Positions 56,002-64,000 of a stretch of 64,000 nt of DNA are shown here, piece by piece. The stretch's first letter is position 1; each line of letters begins with the position of its first letter. The notes beneath the pieces are model-generated. The model was not told the origin of the DNA. It saw only the letters and a program-made list of their open reading frames with translations, and did not search any database. This DNA comes from Octopus vulgaris (taxonomy: Eukaryota): contig OX597819.1 in NCBI GenBank assembly GCA_951406725.2, forward strand, positions 82,584,001-82,648,000. Reading direction: 5' to 3'. Both the position numbers and the translations under genes were made by a program.

Positions 56002-56669
56002 CATTCATGTACACACACACATACACATTCATACATACACAACCACACACATACTCAGATGCACACACACACACACACATATCTGTTCAGTATATTCTCA
56101 GGTTTACCAATCATATAAAGTGTCATTTTTCTTCGTAGCCTTCATGTTTGTCATAAGTTCACAACCATCACTAGTGCTACAATGTTAAAGGATTAAGTTG
56201 ATGGACATGTAGTTAAGTGATTTACAGCTTCAAGATTGAATCTTATCAAATAAGTGAAGTGTAACATTTGATAACCTGTCCCAATTTTATCACTGATCAT
56301 TACTGAGATTGTAGCAAAAGCTACAATTGTTACTGTTATTGATGTCTGTGATTGTTGTGATGAGGTTTGCTGCATTTATCATGAATTGATGTAAACCGTA
56401 GTAGAATGTGTGCATTAATGTCTGGTCAGATGACGCTGCTGCTTTGATGTGTAATGTTTTATACATATATTTATGTGCCTGTAACAACGTATGAGTGTAT
56501 ATAGGTGTGTGTGTACTTACATACACACAAGCACATACACACTCATACATACACACATATATATATACACTCACAGATATATGTATACATAATATATATT
56601 TATAATGTAGAAATGTTCATTATATATATTAATGATGTAGATATGTACATTATATATATATATATATAT

Positions 56670-56850
56670 TGAGAGAAGTACTACTAATGCCATCTTTTTA
56701 ATAAGACTGCAGAAGTATCTAGGTGAAAATAAACCACTGTACTTGGCATTCATTGACCTAGAGAAAGCCTTTGACAGGGTCCCTTGCTCTATGATACATT
56801 GGTTTCTGTGGAAGCTAGGAGTTGATAAATAGCTTGTGAGGGCCATACAA
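56670..56850 (+). mobile_element. RTE RT fragment
   Basis: RSTTNAIFLIRLQKYLGENKPLYLAFIDLEKAFDRVP. Confidence 0.85.
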
Positions 56851-57204
56851 GGGAGACACAAGCCTTGACGTAAGGCCACCTCCTCACCGTTAAATACTCT
56901 CCATCACCTAATAGAAGGAGGTTTTCCCTGTTTTCATTCTCCCTGTCTTGCAATTTATTTAGCAGCTAGACCTGGTGATATGGTACACATTGTAAAGCGG
57001 TTAGCATTGGGAAGGACATCCTGCCATCAGAAATATACCAAAACTGAACTTGAGGTCAACACAGCCCTGTAGTTCATCCATCTTCATCTCTTATGAACAT
57101 GCTGTGCTTAAAAACTGAGAAATGATCAAAGTATATGAAGAATCAGATATAATGTGCAAAGAAGGCAGCAGCATTGGTATGGGATTTTGTTCCACCATGG
57201 TTTA

Positions 57205-57599
57205 CAGGATGTCTTCATCAAGCTCTACAGATCTTCCAGGATGAGGCACTTCTTTTAGGCTGTAGTCTCTGGCTCGGAATTTCTAGTACCACCATTAACA
57301 CTGGCTTATGCTTATTGTCCAGTCCCCATATACTAAATTTGATATTCCTTGCACTTTTTGTTGTGTTGTTGCCTTTATTGAACTCATGAATCAAAATATG
57401 ACAAATATGCTCCTTTGTCACTTTGAAAAGATAATTGTTAAAAACGACCTACACTCTTCAAAACTTGCATTAAAAATAAGGACAGGATAAAATTACTATA
57501 TACTTTTATAGTAAGTTGATGCAGATAGTTCATAGTGCCCTGCTCCAAATTTCAATTTATGCAATTGAAAAAAAACACATTGTTTATGGGATGAACCAA
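57205..57599 (-). mobile_element. Mariner 5' fragment (52795 family)
   Basis: TIR ending at 57599 followed by TA; VTKEHICHILIHEFNKGNNTTKSARNI. Confidence 0.9.
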
Positions 57600-57636
57600 T
57601 ATGTATGTTTGTATGTATGTATGTATATATATATAT

Positions 57637-57794
57637 CATCATCATCATCATCGTTTAACGTCCGTTCTCCATGCTAGCATGGGTTGGACGGTTCGACCGG
57701 GGATCTGGGAAGCCAGAAGGCTGCACCAGGCTCCGGTCTTATCTGGCAATGTTTCTACAGCTGGATGCCCTTCCTAACGCCAACCACTCCATGA

Positions 57795-57797
<3 letters not shown>
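57637..57797 (-). mobile_element. RTE tail or RTE-tailed SINE fragment
   Basis: (CAT)n followed by gtttaacgtccgttctccatgctagcatggg. Confidence 0.9.
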
Positions 57798-57833
<36 letters not shown>

Positions 57834-57865
57834 CACACATACATACACATTTACATACATACATA

Positions 57866-57989
57866 TTGGGTCATCCCATAAATAATGCAGCTATTCAACT
57901 GCATAAACTGAAAGTTGGAGGGGGACAGGATAAACTACCTGCATCAACTTGCTATAAAAGTAGGTAGTAATTTTACCTTGTCCTTATTC
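57866..57989 (+). mobile_element. Mariner left-end fragment
   Basis: TTGGGTCATCCCATAAATAATGC...; truncated before the ORF. Confidence 0.9.
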
Positions 57990-58049
57990 CATGTATACTG
58001 AGTCCTAACAGGTTAGCAGTAACACTATGCTTAAGCAATATATATATAT

Positions 58050-58327
58050 GCCAGCCTCGCCTGGCCCTTGTGCCGGTGGCACATAAAAAGCACCATCCGT
58101 TCGTGGCCATTTGCCAGCTCTGTCTGGCACCTGTGTGGGTGGCACGTAAAAAGCACCCACTACACTCACGGAGTGGTTGGCGTTAGGAAGGGCATCCAGC
58201 CGTAGAAACACTGCCAGATTTGACTGGGCCTGATGAAGCCTTCTGGCTTCACAGACCCCAGTAGAACCGTCCAACCCATGCTAGCATGGAAAACGGACGC
58301 TAAACGACGACGATGATGATGATGATG

Positions 58328-58328
<1 letters not shown>
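58050..58328 (+). mobile_element. Young RTE tail or RTE-tailed SINE
   Basis: ggagtggttggcgttaggaagggcatccagccgtagaaa...(GAT)n; CpG retained; inserted in (TA)n. Confidence 0.9.
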
Positions 58329-58361
<33 letters not shown>

Positions 58362-58774
58362 TGCTTAAGCATAGTGTTACTCATAACCTGGTGTTAGAAC
58401 TCAGTATGCATATACTTCAGAGAATAGAGTGCAATGAAACGGGTAAATAAATGACAAGAGGTAAAATTATGTAATAAACTTCATTAGTTTACAACTGTTT
58501 CTGCTATGTTGTGCAATGTAGTCATAGTTGAGCCCTTGTGTAACACCGTAAAGCTTTGTGGGAGCTTAAAAATACGTGCAATTTTAGTGGGGAAGGCATT
58601 CATATATATATGTGTGTGTTTGTGTGTATAGAAAGTATTACAATCAAAAATATATAAACATATACAGGAAATAAAGTACAAAGATTGTACGGTAAAAGCC
58701 CCTCCTAGCAAAATGTAGTTTCAGATAGATTTTGTGTGTGTATGTGCATACTAAGTAGATAAGTATTTATACAC

Positions 58775-59835
58775 ATGCCATTTCCACTTTACTGGTCACT
58801 CTTTACAACACCTGTCTATGTTGAGATTGTCTTTGCACAGGGGTCATCCTGACTCCCGTCTTCACCGTGAGCAGGGATTAATATTCTCTCTTAACTTCTT
58901 TGTGCCACATGAGCTCAAATCTCCTCCCCTCTTCATCTAACCATCTCACACCTACTTCCTCCCACCCACATCTCCTCTCTTGCTCTGGCACCTACTTCCT
59001 CTCTTCACTCCTGCCCACCTCTTTTCTACCCTCTACCTTCATCATCATCCCCTGTTACCCCACCCCATCCCTTAGACCCCCACCCTTGCTTTCCCCATTC
59101 TCGCCTCCTCCACACTCCAACACCAACACACCACATCACACACCACCATACCACACCACACACCACCATTCCACACCACATCTCACCACATCGCACACAC
59201 TAGCACTAACCACTTCCCAGCACCTACATGAACATGCACACACACACACGTCAAGGTCACCAGCCCCCTTCCACACGCACATACACAGTCTCACATACAC
59301 ACAGATACACACCTTCATTTTGTGATCACCACTACTTTATTATCTCCCCTTCTTCCTCGCTCTCCTGTGTGACCCCTTCTATCCAGCATTCACCATGATA
59401 GATCGCTTGCCACTAAACCTTTTTCTGTTTTCTCTCCCTGTTTATTCCTGTGTTCTTTACTGTCAAAGAGCATAGGCTTGAGAAAGACTTTCTCAATTCC
59501 CACGTGTTAAACTAATACATCCGTTTGTTGTTTACATACCCACACATACACACAAACATATCTCCTTCTCTTGCACTCTCCTGTCTTAGAAAAATCTTTT
59601 TCTTCACCCATTCCCTTCCGGTCATTTCAAAATGTAACCGCGTGTGTATTGTTGGTGATTTTCTTCCTCTATCTTCTCTTCCTTTGGACTTTCCTCTATT
59701 TCTGAAGAACTTGGCTCAAAACGTTAAATCCTCTTTCCTTCTTTCCTTTCTTGAGCGTCTGATAATACAGTACTTGTACCACATCCTCATGTTATTGTAT
59801 TTTCTTGTTTTTTCTTCTTTGTTTGGATTCACTGT
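58775..59835 (+). mobile_element. PLE 3' end with two successive pseudo-LTR segments
   Basis: FTGHSLQHLSMLRLSLHRGHPDSRLHREQGLIFSLNFFVPHELKSPPLFI* (TAA 58938-58940) fits the GIY-YIG tail pattern HF..GHS..R..REQ.LIF.L...P.GLN. C-rich UTR; hammerhead-like motifs at about 59460 and 59702. Confidence 0.75.
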
Positions 59836-59850
59836 ATATATATGCATGCA

Positions 59851-59908
<58 letters not shown>

Positions 59909-59997
59909 TATACATATGTATGTACATATATATGTATGCATATGTATGTGTATATATATGTATGTATATGTATATATATATATGTATGTATGTATAT

Positions 59998-60165
59998 GTT
60001 GCCTTTCCCTTGGATAACACTGGTGGCATGAAGAGGGGAGGAGGTTATGCATGGGCGACTGCTGGTCTTCAAGAAACAACCTTGCCCAGACTTGTGCCTC
60101 AGAGGATAACTTTCTAGGTGCAATCTCATGGTCATTCTTGACTGAACGGGGTCTCCTCCTCCTCC
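59998..60165 (+). mobile_element. SINE family E 3' part
   Basis: Homologous to 18970-19130. Confidence 0.75.
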
Positions 60166-60264
60166 TAATATAGTATATATATATATATATATATAGTCTC
60201 CTTAAGAGAGAATTAGAAATATTAATATTTCTATATATATATATATATATGCATATGCGAAAGA

Positions 60265-60910
60265 TAAGTTTCTGTACTTGGCTTATGTTGACTTGGAGAA
60301 AGTTTTTGACAGTCTCCTGATCCCTTATCTTGTGATCAATGTGAATACTAGGGATAGATGAGTGGTTGGTGAGAGCTGTACAAGCCTTGTATAGAGACAC
60401 TGCCAGTGAGGTGAGGGTGGAATATGAGTATAGTGAAGAATTCAGCTTATAAGTGGAGGTTCACCAAGGACTTGTTCTCAGCCCCTTCTTGTCCATCATA
60501 GTCCTCCATGCAATAGCACAGGAATTCAAGACAGGGTGCCTTTGGCAGCTTCTTTGTGCTGATAACCTTGCTATTATAGCTGAATTACTACCTGAACTAG
60601 AGAAGTTTAAGTGTGGAAGCAAGGATGGACCTCATGGAGGCAATAACAAAGACCTTTGGTATTATGTCATGCTTGAGAAGAAGACCTATCAAGCCAAGCA
60701 AAATCACATTCATAGCAGATGCCAGTTTCACACATATTGGCACCTTTGCCAGTGGCACATAAAGGCACCCATTACGCTCACAGAGTGGTTGGCATTAGGA
60801 AGGGCATCTAGCAAGTAGAAAACCATGCCTAATCAGCCTGGAATCTGTTGCAGCCTTCCAGCATGCCAGCATGGACAACAGACGTTAAGGGATGATGATG
60901 ATGATGATAC
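60265..60910 (+). mobile_element. Internally deleted RTE (RT fragment joined to 3' tail)
   Basis: [36 protein letters not shown]; then UTR ending in (GAT)n. Confidence 0.85.
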
Positions 60911-60920
60911 ATACATATAC

Positions 60921-60991
<71 letters not shown>

Positions 60992-61276
60992 CATACATAC
61001 ATATGTATATATGTGTGTGTGTGTACAAATGGGATCCGCACTCAGTCAGTCTCCTTCTCAAATCACTATAACTCCAACAAATCACTCTAACTCTCCTATT
61101 GCTGCTCACCCACTCCTGGTGTCACTTTTCTTTCTTGCTAGCCCAAACCATTTCACTTGTTAACCATTCTTCATCCATTAATATTTCCTCTACACTTATG
61201 TTGCATTGGTCATCCCACTCCCAGTCCTCCTCTATTCACTGGACCACCAAAATTTTCTCTCTCATGCACTATTTCT

Positions 61277-61341
<65 letters not shown>

Positions 61342-61617
61342 CTTCTGCTGCCAACCCAAACATATGTCATCTTTCTCTTGTCTCCTCCATGTCAATTAAC
61401 CATATCATCATTACTATCCTGTTGTTAGTATTCCTCTGTCTTCCCAACTTGTGTACCATGGGTTGTCTCCCAGCCTTGTATCCAACCCCAATCAGCCATA
61501 CCCAATCTTTACAGATGTTGCCTACCTCCCTTCTCCCATTTCTTTTGCCTTCACCATACACTCTTGCAAACCCTCCCTACACACACTTGTAGCTTCTTTG
61601 CCCTCATTCACTGCTAC

Positions 61618-61892
61618 TCACGGAGGCAATAATCAAGACCTTTGGCATTCTGTCATGCTTGAGAAGAAGACCCATCAAGCTGAGCAAATTCACATTCACA
61701 GCAGTTACCGATGTCGCACAAGTTGGCACCCAGGCCAGTGGTACATAAAGGCACCTATTATGCTCACAGAGTGGTTGCATTAGGAAGGGCATCCAGCTGT
61801 AGAAAACCATACCTAATTAGCCTGGAGTCTGGTGCAGCCTACCAGCATGCCAGCATGGAAACAGACGTTAAAAGGTGATGATGATGATGATA
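61618..61892 (+). mobile_element. RTE 3' tail, direct repeat of 60630-60910; an older tail lies at 62130-62345
   Basis: ggaggcaataa..agacctttgg..gcttgagaagaagacc...(GAT)n is shared with 60630-60910. Confidence 0.85.
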
Positions 61893-62341
61893 CATACATA
61901 TATATTTATATATATGTATATATAGATAGATAGACAGGTAGAGAGTTGAGGTGCCAACTAAACACATCATCACCGATACTTCTGGTTCATTCTCACTCTC
62001 CCCTAAATGCAAATAGCCATGTCAGTCCTCTACAACTAGAATCTGCTCTGCCACAACTATTTTTCTAATACCTTAAACCACACATATCTTAGTGATTCCC
62101 TGCTCCTTGGATTTTGTAGATTTGTGAGTTGCATGGTGACCTTACTAGTGCCAATGTCATAAAACAAAGCACTCAGTAAAGTGGTTAGCATTGTGAAGTG
62201 GCTAGTATTTGGAAGGGCATACAGCTATAGTAACCATGCCAAAGATGATGCTTGATCACAATGCTCTCCTTGAACCCATCAAGTCCTGTCAAACCATTCA
62301 ACTCATGCCAACATAGAACATGTACATTAAATGACAATGAT

Positions 62342-62376
<35 letters not shown>

Positions 62377-62389
62377 ATATATTGCATAT

Positions 62390-62745
62390 ATATATATATA
62401 TATAAAGCTGAAATTGTCTGTGTATGGCAGGTTTGGTAGCCTTCAACTAACACTATCTCCTCCAAGACCATTGCAGTGCAAGTTGACCAAAATTGAGAGT
62501 ATGATAGAAGAAGGCTTGCTCTTCCTTCCGTAGAAGAAAAAATTCAAATCGTGCTTTTTTTCTATAGAAATCTCTATGTTTTATGATTTTTTGACTGCTG
62601 TGTCGCCATTTTTCGGTGTATTTCAACCAGAAAAACGTTCACTTAAAGAGAATAACAAGCTACATAATGCAAAATTTTTACTTTTCAAAAATTCAAATTC
62701 TAAAGGGTTGAAACAAACCTGAGCAACGCCGGGCGATACTGCTAG
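62390..62745 (+). mobile_element. Non-autonomous Helitron-like element
   Basis: Starts in tatatatataaagctgaaattgtctgtg; ends with a GC-rich subterminal hairpin (CCTGAGCAACGCCGGG) shortly before CTAG|T; no TIR or TSD seen. Confidence 0.7.
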
Positions 62746-62754
62746 TATATATAT

Positions 62755-62800
62755 AATAAAAGAATTTGAATAACACCGGTGTTTAACTTTTATTTATTTA
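62755..62800 (+). mobile_element. Short PLE terminal fragment, same family as 1-680
   Basis: taaaagaatttgaataacaccggtgtttaactttttattta resembles 635-678. Confidence 0.55.
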
Positions 62801-64000
62801 TATATTATATATATATATATGTATATTATATATACATATATATGTATACATACATATGCTGTATATATGATATATATTAACAATCCTTGATATTCATGTT
62901 AGGTTTGACTTGCCTCTGCCAGTTCAAATGTTTAAAGAAATAAAAGAAAAAATAATGTTTTATTTTGTTTATCCTTAAAAAATCATACACAAATTTTATA
63001 GACCAATCTCATTTCGTGCATAGTACTCATTTAGAATACGCTATCTTTTTCTGAGAAGTTCAATTATGTTTTGTTCCTTGAGAATTGCTCACATGATATT
63101 GCAAAATAAGGTAAATATATGTTCTTGTTATTGAAGTTGCTGACTTGTCAACCTTCATCATACAATCATACAGACTTGTGATCAAATGCATTCTAGCAAT
63201 GCATCTTTTTTTTTTTTTTTTTTGCTGTTTTTTTTTTGTTGTTAGGACCACATTATGTAATGCATCTTTTCCTTTTGAAAGCAGATACATTCACCTTAGG
63301 GACTTGAAATATGTATCTATATCAATTCATGAAAACTGAAGTGTGTAATACGAATGAACCTTACATAACCTCATCAAAATTCCTAGCCCCTTGTTTGTTT
63401 TTAATAGTGTTGATAGAAATAATCTGCTAACTTTCTCAGCAAAGCACCATATAGGCAAATTTGGATCATCTCTTGTACATTGTGAAACAGCATTCAGAAA
63501 ATTATGTTTGATTTCCTCTGTCAGAAATATTTGTTTTCCAAGTATTTAATCCTTAGATGTGTAATGAAATAGCTGTATGAATCCTTTTGCTGTCTTACTT
63601 TTAACAATTGTAATGCAAGCCAATCTTTTTGATGTTTGCCAGGGTATAGAGTATTAGAGGAAAATAAAATTTGCCTTTCATAAATCATTCCTCAGCAGAA
63701 TAACACGTAACATATGAAAAAAGTATCTTATTCCAAACATTTTTCTAACTTTCTCTTGTTATTTATTAGTGATATTGGAATCTCTAAGGGTCTCATTTTC
63801 AAGAACAAAAGAGCTATCATTTGTAGAACTCTTTTATTATTCCTACCAAAAATCTTGTATTAAACAACTTCTTTATATTTGATTATATTCTATTTGCATT
63901 TTATGCTTAACCCATCATATAGAATATAGTTTTATTCTTATGATATTATGTGGTGTATAATAAGAAATTTTGTAAATAAAATGGTTGATGAATTGTACAG

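Noticed and set aside
58900-59325. His/Pro/Thr-rich 141-aa ORF
   Set aside because: Low-complexity (CACAC)n UTR of the PLE.

Overview
AT-rich, microsatellite-dense animal DNA, intronic or intergenic. I infer octopus or another coleoid cephalopod from the SINE, RTE and mariner families; this is not proven. No intact host gene is visible, and almost every ORF in the track is a (TA)n/(TG)n/(CT)n artefact or a transposon remnant. The window is a mosaic of decayed elements: RTE LINEs (one family has a C4HC3 PHD-like finger inside the RT) and their (GAT)n-tailed 3' ends, several tRNA-derived SINE families, a Ty3/Gypsy relic, at least two mariner families (one full-length dead copy, one fold-back derivative), a non-autonomous Helitron and several Penelope-like (PLE) ends. 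The most notable signal is a set of hammerhead-ribozyme motifs tied to PLE ends. One of them sits exactly at the hinge of a ~400-bp palindrome (4849-5247), and its two arms allow a minimal type I hammerhead to be reconstructed. Also present: several long inverted repeats, a locally templated insertion, two weak candidate exons and two AG|GT recursive-splice-like sites. Boundaries of decayed elements are approximate, and family names come from motif recognition without database searches.
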